Shown here: piece by piece, positions 34,544-41,378 of the stretch
Layout of the letters: each line of letters opens with the position of its first letter
Numbering within the stretch: the first letter of the stretch is position 1
Assembly: GCA_022865275.1 (NCBI GenBank)
Contig: JALIDQ010000001.1
Coordinates: forward strand, 1 to 51,141
Origin: Candidatus Nanohalarchaeota archaeon QJJ-9
GTDB lineage: Archaea > Nanohalarchaeota > Nanosalinia > Nanosalinales > Nanoanaerosalinaceae
DNA: 51,141 bases
Direction: 5' to 3'
The notes under the pieces: generated by a model
Told to the model about the DNA's origin: nothing
Seen by the model: the letters and a program-made list of their open reading frames with translations, nothing else
Databases searched by the model: none
Program-made: the position numbers and the translations under genes

Positions 34544-34810
34544 TCACTCGTAAGCGTTATCCCTCTTCATTACGGCAAGTACTTGTATCTCCTTACTATC
34601 CTGTTCAAGGTCTATGAACACTCGGTAGTCTCCTACTCGCAGCCTATAGACCTTCTCCGTATCTATCCACTTTAGAAAGTATTCAGGAGATATGTTCTTA
34701 GACTTCATCCTGATTTCCCTAAGCTTGTTTCTAATTCTCTTCTGAACAGATTCTTCTATACTATCCAAATCGTCTCGTGCTGTAGGAGATAAAACCACTT
34801 TCCATTGCAT
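34544..34810 (-). CDS. relE: RelE/ParE-family type II toxin
   Basis: 88 aa with YRLRVGDYRVFIDL...ILAVMKRDNAYE, a typical RelE/ParE C-terminal pattern; 4 nt downstream of the RHH gene. Confidence 0.75.
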   Translation of the reverse strand: MQWKVVLSPTARDDLDSIEESVQKRIRNKLREIRMKSKNISPEYFLKWIDTEKVYRLRVGDYRVFIDLEQDSKEIQVLAVMKRDNAYE

Positions 34811-34814
34811 TTAT

Positions 34815-35027
34815 CTAGCCTAGTTCTTCTCCCTTAGCCTTCTCTATTTCCTTCCTCGCATTCTTTATCTTTTCCTTTGCCTGCTCTGTAAGTTCTGGCT
34901 CAAGCTCTTTCCTCACAAGGTCTCTGAGCAGTTCTCCTTTGGATGTATAACCTTTCTCCTCTACAAGCTTTTCTATCATCTTCACCTGCTTTTCCGGGGC
35001 TTTGAACGATACGGTCTTGGTCGCCAT
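34815..35027 (-). CDS. Ribbon-helix-helix (CopG-like) antitoxin
   Basis: KTVSFKAPEKQVKMIEKLVEEKGYTSKGELLRDLV beta-strand/helix pattern of RHH proteins; 70 aa. Confidence 0.7.
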   Translation of the reverse strand: MATKTVSFKAPEKQVKMIEKLVEEKGYTSKGELLRDLVRKELEPELTEQAKEKIKNARKEIEKAKGEELG

Positions 35028-35213
35028 GTTTACTAAAGTAAACTATAGTCTTTTCAAGGTAAGGGTCTTTCCAGTTTTTCTAAAAGCTTCTTGTCTGCGT
35101 AGTTTATTAAACCGGTATAAGTTTCCATTGCCGCTTCAAATGGAAATAGGTCCGAGCGTTCGGACCCTCCGGAAGAGTTTTTAATCTCCCAGCTAATTCT
35201 TCCCTGTGATACC

Positions 35214-35357
35214 ATGGCTAAGATTGAGATAGAGATGGATGATGAGGGGAAGTTCAATACTAACTCAGGATTCGACCTTGCAACAACCATCCTGATCCTT
35301 GAGAAGGTAAAATCCGAGCTTGTTCAGCGCGCCCAGATTGAGAAGCAGGAGAATGAG
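35214..35357 (+). CDS. Possible small ORF (47 aa), below the track cutoff
   Basis: ATG 35214 to TGA 35355-35357: MAKIEIEMDDEGKFNTNSGFDLATTILILEKVKSELVQRAQIGEAGE. Its composition looks more protein-like than the overlapping track ORF 35054-35290(-). Confidence 0.25.
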
Positions 35358-35359
35358 GA

Positions 35360-36142
35360 TTAGGTTTCGTAGTCTGCCTGGAACTGGTTCAGCTCTGCCT
35401 GGGACTGATCTAAGGACTCGTAGGAGGGGATTACGTCTTCCATATCCACTTCTACGAACTCTAGGTTTTTCTTTTCTAGGTATTCTTTGACGTTATCCGA
35501 GCATTTTGGCGCGACTAGGATTCCTCTTATTTCTCTTCCAGGATATTCTTCTTCTATCTCGTCTACGTAACGACCTAGCTGGAGGACTGAGTTGTGGTCG
35601 GGATTTCTCTTGACTTCTATAACGACTAGTTGGTTGTCTTTGCTCCTTGCGAATACGTCTATAAATCCTGCGTCTGTCTCTTTTTCTCTTTCTACTATTT
35701 TGAGGTCTTCTTCTACTAGTTCTGGGTTTTCTTCTATTGCTTCGTGTATATCTATTTCGTGGCCTTTGATTTTGAGGTCTGACTTGTCTACTAGCTGGGT
35801 TATATGAAGCATCTCTATCTCTCCGAATCTGATTTCTACGGTTTCTTCTGGATTGTTTCTTTTTGATTCGAGGATGAGTTCTTCTTTGTCAGCTCTAAGA
35901 TTGAACTGGTCTGTATCTGGCTGCCAGTTCTTGGGCTGGTAGTTTTCTGGTCCATGGACTAGTAATGAGTTGTCCTGTTTAACTATAACTAGTCTTTCTC
36001 CTCTATCGAGCTTTGACTTGGTTCTTCCTTGGTAGTTTACTGAGCAGAGTCCTGTTAAGGTTACTGTGTAGTTCCTTCTGAGGTATTCTTCGAGTAGTTC
36101 TTTTGCTTCTGTTTTGCTGGGAGATTCTACTAGTTTTTCCAT
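35360..36142 (-). CDS. nucS: Endonuclease NucS (EndoMS)
   Basis: C-terminal RecB-like core GFIDVFARSKDNQLVVIEVKRNPDHNSVLQLGRYV and an N-terminal half-barrel region (RLVIVKQDNSLLVHGP); 260 aa. Confidence 0.85.
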   Translation of the reverse strand: MEKLVESPSKTEAKELLEEYLRRNYTVTLTGLCSVNYQGRTKSKLDRGERLVIVKQDNSLLVHGPENYQPKNWQPDTDQFNLRADKEELILESKRNNPEETVEIRFGEIEMLHITQLVDKSDLKIKGHEIDIHEAIEENPELVEEDLKIVEREKETDAGFIDVFARSKDNQLVVIEVKRNPDHNSVLQLGRYVDEIEEEYPGREIRGILVAPKCSDNVKEYLEKKNLEFVEVDMEDVIPSYESLDQSQAELNQFQADYET

Positions 36143-36166
36143 CGCTTAACTCTTTGCTTTCTGGTT

Positions 36167-36319
36167 TTAAATTTCTGTTTTCCCAGCTACCATAGCCTCT
36201 TCCATTTCTGCCAGCTTGTCTTGGAAGCATCTCTGACAGAGTTTTTGGCCTCCTCCTGCTTCTTCTGTGTTTAGGACGAGCTGTTTGTCTGTTTTTTCAC
36301 CGCATTTTTCGCATCGCAT
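36167..36319 (-). CDS. Small zinc-ribbon protein (50 aa), below the track cutoff
   Basis: MRCEKCGEKTDKQLVLNTEEAGGGQKLCQRCFQDKLAEMEEAMVAGKTEI: two CxxC pairs, with GGAGGT about 8 nt upstream of the ATG (36319). The overlapping track ORF 36003-36230 is in another frame and looks non-coding. Confidence 0.45.
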   Translation of the reverse strand: MRCEKCGEKTDKQLVLNTEEAGGGQKLCQRCFQDKLAEMEEAMVAGKTEI

Positions 36320-36321
36320 TG

Positions 36322-36635
36322 TTTAAGACCTCCGAAGCCCGCCTGCCTGGGTCGAACAGGCATCTCCGGGTTTAACTGGTGTGTTGCCTGGACGCTTGCG
36401 GGGGATTTTAGAAGTAGTAGACTGCGTCCTTTTACACTAAGGCGGGTTGAGTTAGAAGGTTTCGTCCACCTTTCCACCCACCTGGCTTATTTCCTGGCGG
36501 GTTTCGAGGAGAACTACTCCTCAGAATTATCTCCACATGATATCTGTGGAGTAGAAGTGTAGCTTTGTGACTAGGCCGATCTTTTCTCCGCTATTGTCCG
36601 AAGGCCCAGTCGCATTTATCATTTTGACCAACGCA
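36322..36635. ncRNA. Unassigned structured non-coding region (candidate RNA gene; identity and strand unresolved)
   Basis: About 310 nt without a credible ORF and visibly more GC-rich than neighbouring spacers. Several perfect hairpins (CTCCACA-N7-TGTGGAG, GAGGAG-N5-CTCCTC, GGACGC...GCGTCC). On the minus strand there is a tRNA-like T-arm plus acceptor (GCCTG-TTCGACC-CAGGC-AGGCGGG, pairing with upstream CCCGCCT). A TTTTTAAAT box sits at 36654-36662 on the minus strand. Confidence 0.3.
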
Positions 36636-36739
36636 CAACTCTGTCTCGCTGTGATTTAAAAAGTTTTCTGTTGGTGATATCTTTTTTAAGCGTTCGTTTC
36701 TAGTTTGTTTTAGAGGTTCTGAGCTGAGAGTCTGTGAAT

Positions 36740-36812
36740 GGCGGGTTGGTGTAGTGGCCTATCATCGCTGCCTTGGGCGCAGTGGACCCCGGTTCAAATC
36801 CGGGACCTGCCA
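36740..36812 (+). tRNA. tRNA-Pro (anticodon UGG), intronless
   Basis: Acceptor GGCGGGT/ACCTGCC, anticodon arm GCTGC-CTTGGGC-GCAGT, T-arm CCCGG-TTCAAAT-CCGGG, discriminator A; 73 nt. Confidence 0.85.
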
Positions 36813-36817
36813 CTATG

Positions 36818-36844
36818 CTTTTTCTTTTTAGAAAAAAGAAAAAG
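36818..36844. terminator. Perfect 12-bp A/T hairpin downstream of tRNA-Pro
   Basis: CTTTTTCTTTTT-AGA-AAAAAGAAAAAG at 36818-36844. It presents a T-run on either strand and lies between convergent tRNA-Pro and the phosphoribosyltransferase gene. Confidence 0.35.
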
Positions 36845-36971
36845 TAAAGTTTTACAAAAAGAAAAACGTATGGATTCGGTTAGCAAGCTAACCGACTTGT
36901 AGTTCTTGTAAAGAAAGATTTTCTGCGCCGCAGTTCCCTCTATTCTTAGCTTTTTATTCCTTCTCTACTCC

Positions 36972-37421
36972 TTACTCTTCCCACGGATAGACTATCCAGA
37001 TGCTGCTGTCGATGTTGCTGTATGTGAAGTCGGGCTTGTAGACGGTTCGTTCTTTGGTGTGGATTGATGCGGTTTTTATGCAGTCTACTTTTTCGTATCC
37101 TTCCAGTTTCTTCTCTACTTCTTCCATTGTCTTTCCGGTGTCTACGATATCGTCCACGAGAATCACGTCTCCTTCTACTGGTTCAAGAATCTTTCCCTGG
37201 ATTTCTACTATTTCCTGCCTCTCCTCTCCGTCGTAGTGGTTTGCGTTAACTATCCCTTGAGGGATGTTGAACCGGTGGCTTATTCTTATCCCTAGAGGAT
37301 CGCCTCCTCTGTGTATGCTTACTACAGAATCAGGTGAGAAACCGCTTTCCTCTATCTCTCTGTACAGTTCGTTGATAGCTTTTTCGAGTTCTCCGTAGGC
37401 CAGGTGTTGCTTGTTCCCCAT
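36972..37421 (-). CDS. Purine phosphoribosyltransferase (Hpt/Gpt-like)
   Basis: PRPP-binding motif DVILVDDIVDTGKTM; about 150 aa, as in archaeal hypoxanthine/guanine PRTases. Confidence 0.8.
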   Translation of the reverse strand: MGNKQHLAYGELEKAINELYREIEESGFSPDSVVSIHRGGDPLGIRISHRFNIPQGIVNANHYDGEERQEIVEIQGKILEPVEGDVILVDDIVDTGKTMEEVEKKLEGYEKVDCIKTASIHTKERTVYKPDFTYSNIDSSIWIVYPWEE

Positions 37422-37517
37422 ATTATGGATGTGGTTCTCTTCTCAAAAAAGGTTTTGGCGGATGGGCTTGGAAGAGTTTATTAAGTTTAAAAGCCAATCT
37501 TTGGGTAGGCGTCTACT

Positions 37518-38909
37518 ATGAGGAGGAAGACTTTACTTTTAGCTATGCTGGTTCTGGTTGCCTCTACTGCTTCTGCAGTTGATTCTTTCGAGGTAGATAT
37601 AACATCTGAAAACACGAGGTTAAATCCAAGCGAGGGAGAGACAGCCGCGTTTTATGTGAATGTTACAAACACAGGCGACTCGGAGGGGACTTTTGAGACA
37701 AGCTATTCCTCTGCTGCTTCTCCTGTATGGATAAATGCCAAGTCTCCTATCAATACTCTGGCTCCTGGGGAATCGGGAGTGACTGAGATTACGGTTTCTC
37801 CTGATGAAAAGGCGGTGAGCAATTCATGGGGACTGGATATAAGGGTTGTTTCGTGGGATGATGGGGAGGAGTTCCAGACTCTTGAGTCCTTTGATGTTGT
37901 ACGGGATAGGGATCTTGTTATAACTAATTTCAAGGGTGCAAGGTCTAGTTACAAACCTAACTCGCATGTAAATGTTTCTGTTGATGTTAAGAATGTTAGA
38001 GTTGATGAACTACCAGCGAACCAGTACCAGGTGGTTCTGGACGTTGAGGGGGATAATGTTACTGAACCTATTCCGTCGCTGGAGTTGGGAGAGTCTGCCT
38101 CGGTTGGTATAGATTTGAAGCTTGAGAACTATGAGGCGGGAGTTTACGACCTTGAAGCGGTTGTAAGGGAGATTCAGGGAGATGTGCACAGCACTTATGG
38201 TTCGAAGATTGAGGTTGAGCCGTTTAAAGATGTTGTAAAGGAGGAGGAGTCTACTTCCAAGTTTTTCGGTTCCCAAAGGAGCTTTAAAGTCTCTAATAAT
38301 GGGAATATAAGGGCGGAGAATGTTACTAGGACTTTCTCACTTCCATGGTATGCCTCACCTTTTGTCTCGTTCTCTGAGGAGCCTGTAAAGGAGGGGGATC
38401 AGTATACCTGGAAGGTTGAGGAGCTTGAGCCTGGAGAAGAAGCTAGTTTTACTTATTCTGTAAGCTACTGGCCTCTTGCTGCGGTCGCTGTTATCATCGC
38501 GGCGATCCTTGTTATGCTCTACTGGAGTATGCGGAAGGTTTCGATTGTTAAGTCGGTGAGGCGGGGGGAGGACTATCATAATGTCCATTTAAGGGTTAAG
38601 AATAATACTGGAAGGACTGTAGGCAAGGTTAGGGTCCAGGATTTCGTGCCTGGAATTGCTTCTCTTATCGAGAAGTTTGATTCGAGGAGTCCTGAGAGGA
38701 TTCAGAATACTGAGGAGGGCACTAAGCTTACCTGGAGGCTTGGGCAGGTTGAACCTGGTGAGGAGAGGATTATCAGCTATAGGATAAAGCCTAAGGTTCA
38801 GGTTGAGGGAACTGTGTCGATTCCTAACGCGGAGGTTTTCTACCAGGTCGATGGTAAGAACCGCGAGGCGACTTCTAATCCTACCTCTACGGCTTTTCCG
38901 GAGCAGTAG
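37518..38909 (+). CDS. Bitopic surface protein with CARDB/Ig-like repeats
   Basis: Signal peptide MRRKTLLLAMLVLVASTASA, beta-rich repeats (ITNFKGARSSYKPNSHVNVSVDVKN...), a single TM helix (WPLAAVAVIIAAILVMLYW) at about aa 318-338, then a C-terminal domain of about 125 aa. Confidence 0.5.
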   Translation: MRRKTLLLAMLVLVASTASAVDSFEVDITSENTRLNPSEGETAAFYVNVTNTGDSEGTFETSYSSAASPVWINAKSPINTLAPGESGVTEITVSPDEKAVSNSWGLDIRVVSWDDGEEFQTLESFDVVRDRDLVITNFKGARSSYKPNSHVNVSVDVKNVRVDELPANQYQVVLDVEGDNVTEPIPSLELGESASVGIDLKLENYEAGVYDLEAVVREIQGDVHSTYGSKIEVEPFKDVVKEEESTSKFFGSQRSFKVSNNGNIRAENVTRTFSLPWYASPFVSFSEEPVKEGDQYTWKVEELEPGEEASFTYSVSYWPLAAVAVIIAAILVMLYWSMRKVSIVKSVRRGEDYHNVHLRVKNNTGRTVGKVRVQDFVPGIASLIEKFDSRSPERIQNTEEGTKLTWRLGQVEPGEERIISYRIKPKVQVEGTVSIPNAEVFYQVDGKNREATSNPTSTAFPEQ

Positions 38910-38996
38910 GTTTTTCCTTGTTTTCTTTGTTTTTCTGGTCCTATTAACGAAGCCTTTATAAAGTTTTGAATATATATTCATAAGTGGTGATTGAAG

Positions 38997-39296
38997 ATGC
39001 CAAACCTAGACGGAACCGGACCAAGGGGACGAGGCCCTCTTACGGGAAGAGGTCTCGGACCTTGCGGAAGAGGAAGAGCCCGTTCAAGAGCTCCTAAACG
39101 AGGATTCGCTTTTAGAAGGGGTGGAAGATTTGGAAGAGCTCCTCTTAGAGGTAGGAACGATTACGCTTACAGAAACAAACCTCGGAATACGAGGTTTACA
39201 GAGGAAGAGGAGAAGGAGATGATCAAACAGGAACTTGAGGAGCTTAAGAAGGAACGAGAAGACCTTGAGAAACGCCTTGAGGAGCTTGGGGGCTGA
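38997..39296 (+). CDS. DUF5320-family protein
   Basis: MPNLDGTGPRGRGPLTGRGLGPCG N-terminus typical of DUF5320, followed by a coiled-coil tail. Confidence 0.65.
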   Translation: MPNLDGTGPRGRGPLTGRGLGPCGRGRARSRAPKRGFAFRRGGRFGRAPLRGRNDYAYRNKPRNTRFTEEEEKEMIKQELEELKKEREDLEKRLEELGG

Positions 39297-39329
39297 ACCC
39301 CTTTTTACTTTTTATAACGGTGTTATACA

Positions 39330-39626
39330 ATGCCAAGACCGAGGAGGAGGAGAAGGGTTAGAAGAAGACCTGCAGCGGATTTTTACAAGCCGGCAGGAAT
39401 ACCTAAACGCGAGCTTGAAGAGGTCAATCTTAAAGTAGAAGAAGTCGAGGCTCTGAGGTTGAAGGACGCGGAAGGAAGGTCTCAGGAGGATGCTGCTGAC
39501 GAGATGGATGTCTCGCAGTCTACTTTCCATAGGATTCTGACTTCTGCAAGGGAGAAGGTTGCGGAGGCTGTAACTGAAGGAATGGCTCTTAGAATAGAGG
39601 GGGGAAGCTATGAGATTGAGGAGTAG
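39330..39626 (+). CDS. DUF134 (UPF0251) putative DNA-binding protein
   Basis: MPRPRRRRRVRRRPAADFYKPAGIP N-terminus and HTH-like DEMDVSQSTFHRILTSAREKVAEA. Confidence 0.8.
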   Translation: MPRPRRRRRVRRRPAADFYKPAGIPKRELEEVNLKVEEVEALRLKDAEGRSQEDAADEMDVSQSTFHRILTSAREKVAEAVTEGMALRIEGGSYEIEE

Positions 39627-40062
39627 AATAGTTAGTATTGATTATGAAGGACTTAGAAGCTCGTTTCGCAGAGCTGCGAAGGGTTTATCTAACGCTTTAC
39701 CTATGATAGTCGGAGTCGTCTTCTTGATGGGGCTTGTGAAGAGTTTTGTACCCAAGAGTTTCTATATAGAATTTCTAGGCGGATCCTGGCTCCGATCAAG
39801 TCTTATGGGTTCTGGTGTAGGAAGCGTTCTCGCAGGTAACCCTGTTACCTCGTATATAATCGGAGGGGAGATGCTTTCTCAAGGGGTTGGTCTCTATGCG
39901 GTAACCTCGTTTATCCTTGCATGGGTTACAGTTGGAATAGTCCAGTTCCCAGCGGAATCTGAGGAGCTTGGAAGAAGGTTTGCTTTGACGAGAAATGTTT
40001 TTAGCTTTTTACTAGCTCTTGCAGGTGGTTTTGTAACCGTGGCTATCCTGGGGGTGCTATGA
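39610..40062 (+). CDS. Small polytopic membrane protein (permease half)
   Basis: 150 aa with about 4 TM helices. Overlaps both neighbours and sits within the DUF134/NifX-like cluster. Confidence 0.5.
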   Translation: MRLRSRIVSIDYEGLRSSFRRAAKGLSNALPMIVGVVFLMGLVKSFVPKSFYIEFLGGSWLRSSLMGSGVGSVLAGNPVTSYIIGGEMLSQGVGLYAVTSFILAWVTVGIVQFPAESEELGRRFALTRNVFSFLLALAGGFVTVAILGVL

Positions 40063-40580
40063 TGCTTTACAGCTATTTTAAGAGGAGCTTTAGGAAATGG
40101 GTTTTTGTAGCTATTGTAGGAGGTTTTTACGGCCTAGGATGGTTTTTAAGACCTGAAAAAGCTGTTTCAGCTTTTTACAGCTCTGTTGGAATTTTTAGAA
40201 ATATACTGCCTGTTTTTGTTCTGGTATTTGCTCTGATGGGAGTTACTAACTATTTTGTAAAGCCTAAGAAGCTTCTGAACTATTTTGGGAGTCATAGAAG
40301 TGTTAAGGGGTGGATTATAGCGTCTCTAGCAGGGATTATTTCGCATGGACCGATTTTTATGTGGTATCCGTGGCTTTCTGATCTTCAGGAGAAAGGAGTC
40401 GGCAACGGTTTTATAGCTACATTTCTATACAACCGGGCTGTGAAGGTTCCTCTGATCCCTTTTATGGCGCTCTATTTTGGGATAGACTTTGTTGCTGTAC
40501 TTACTCTTGTTATGATAGTTTTTTCCCTTTTTCAAGGAGTTTTAGTCGGCAAACTTTTAGAAAACAAAGGAGGTGATTGA
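40059..40580 (+). CDS. Small polytopic membrane protein (permease half)
   Basis: 173 aa with about 5 TM helices; ATGA overlap with the preceding gene. Confidence 0.5.
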   Translation: MMLYSYFKRSFRKWVFVAIVGGFYGLGWFLRPEKAVSAFYSSVGIFRNILPVFVLVFALMGVTNYFVKPKKLLNYFGSHRSVKGWIIASLAGIISHGPIFMWYPWLSDLQEKGVGNGFIATFLYNRAVKVPLIPFMALYFGIDFVAVLTLVMIVFSLFQGVLVGKLLENKGGD

Positions 40581-40887
40581 TTTGAAAGTTGCTGTAGCTT
40601 CTGAATCTGATTCGAGGTCTGGAAAGGTTAGCAGTAAGGCTGGAAGAGCTCCTTTCTACCTGATTTTCGAGGACGGCGAGCTTGTTGAGACATGGAAGAA
40701 CGAGTATGCTGAGGCTCGTGGGGGGGCTGGAAGAAATGTTCCTGAGGAGCTTGACAGGAAGGGCGTTGATAAGGTTTTGGCTGGAAACTTTGGAGGGAAT
40801 ATGGAGACCAAGCTCAAGCAGCTCGGTATTGCCTATAGTACGGTGGGAGCTGTTGATGTGGAAGAGACTGTTGAGCTCGGGTCTTGA
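40573..40887 (+). CDS. NifB/NifX-family (dinitrogenase FeMo-cofactor-binding fold) small protein
   Basis: About 104 aa: KVAVASE...GRAPFYLIFEDGELV...GVDKVLAGNFGGN, the pattern of stand-alone NifX/NifB C-terminal-like proteins. GTG start follows AAGGAGG. Confidence 0.6.
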   Translation: MIDLKVAVASESDSRSGKVSSKAGRAPFYLIFEDGELVETWKNEYAEARGGAGRNVPEELDRKGVDKVLAGNFGGNMETKLKQLGIAYSTVGAVDVEETVELGS

Positions 40888-40985
40888 TTGGTTTTGGTTG
40901 TTGGAGGTAGGGCTGTGGGACAAAATTTATTTAAGTATACCCGCCGCCTATTTTTTCCGAGAGTTAGGAGTTTTTGAGGTAAATT

Positions 40986-41115
40986 CCCTCCTTAGCTCAG
41001 GTCACAGATCAGAGATCTGTTCGATGACCTAACGCTGGGATTTTTTGCAAAATCCCTCCTTAGCTCAGTTGAAAACCTGGCGGTTTTCGGCTATGAGCTA
41101 ATACCGGGATCAAAA
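40986..41115 (+). repeat. Two extra copies of the tRNA-Tyr 5' end (CCCTCCTTAGCTCAG), each followed by a different hairpin spacer
   Basis: The exact 15-mer occurs at 40986-41000, 41054-41068 and 41116-41130 (the last is the start of the real tRNA). Spacer hairpins: GGTCA-CAGATC-AGA-GATCTG-TTCGA-TGACC (41000-41029) and GAAAACC-TGGC-GGTTTTC (41071-41088). Confidence 0.7.
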
Positions 41116-41220
41116 CCCTCCTTAGCTCAGCCTGGCAGAGCGTCCGCCTGTAGCACCAGCCGGATGCTATCCACTGTTTCAGCCAGCGGATCGTCCCCCG
41201 TTCAAATCGGGGAGGAGGGA
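41116..41220 (+). tRNA. tRNA-Tyr (anticodon GUA) with 31-nt intron
   Basis: CCCTCCT-TA-GCTC-AGCCTGGCA-GAGC-G-TCCGC-CTGTAG [intron 41154-41184] A-GCGGA-TCGTC-CCCCG-TTCAAAT-CGGGG-AGGAGGG-A. Has the C1:G72 pair characteristic of archaeal tRNA-Tyr. Confidence 0.9.
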
Positions 41221-41267
41221 TTTCTATTTTTTCCTTTGATTTTTTCTCGTTTTACAGGTTTTTCAGA

Positions 41268-41336
41268 GATTTGAACGACCTTGATTCTCTTCGAGAACCG
41301 TGGAGTGCAAATCGGGGAGGAGGGATTTCTATTTTT
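41268..41336 (+). repeat. Orphan copy of the tRNA-Tyr 3' end preceded by an inverted T-loop fragment and a TTCTC-TTC-GAGAA hairpin
   Basis: 29-nt exact direct repeat caaatcggggaggagggatttctattttt at 41203-41231 and 41308-41336. Upstream lie GATTTGAAC (inverted partner of GTGCAAATC) and TTCTCTTCGAGAA (41285-41297). Confidence 0.65.
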
Positions 41337-41378
41337 CTTTCCGTTAACTGTTTAAGTCCTCCGAAAGAATTTTTGGGT

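Noticed and set aside
34054-34617. 187-aa plus-strand ORF
   Set aside because: It overlaps the trpS 5' end in antisense and then runs out of frame across the 78-aa zinc-ribbon gene. It has a basic low-complexity composition and no motif.
35054-35290. 78-aa minus-strand ORF in the RHH/NucS spacer
   Set aside because: It has Ser/Ile-rich low-complexity stretches (SSSISISIL), no ribosome-binding site, and overlaps a more protein-like 47-aa plus-strand ORF and a perfect hairpin (GGTCCGA-GCGT-TCGGACC, 35149-35166). It is probably non-coding.
36322-36635. Calling this region SRP RNA, RNase P RNA or an intron-laden tRNA-Tyr-like gene
   Set aside because: For SRP RNA, the 5' and 3' parts are not complementary (no helix 5) and no GNAR-capped helix 8 can be drawn. 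For RNase P, the CR-I/CR-V look-alikes have substitutions at positions that are normally invariant. For a tRNA, no anticodon arm fits between the D-like and T-like arms, and a bona fide tRNA-Tyr exists at 41116. It is kept only as an unassigned RNA candidate.
40986-41130. Regularly spaced repeats (period 62-68 nt) that at first glance resemble a mini-CRISPR array
   Set aside because: The repeat unit is only 15-19 nt and is the 5' end of tRNA-Tyr. There are only three copies, the third continues into a complete tRNA, no cas genes are nearby, and the spacers are themselves hairpins.
41271-41378. N-terminal 36 codons of the track ORF for UDG
   Set aside because: This stretch reads through the orphan tRNA-Tyr fragment and its palindrome from a TTG start. 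Family-4 UDG homology begins after ATG 41379.
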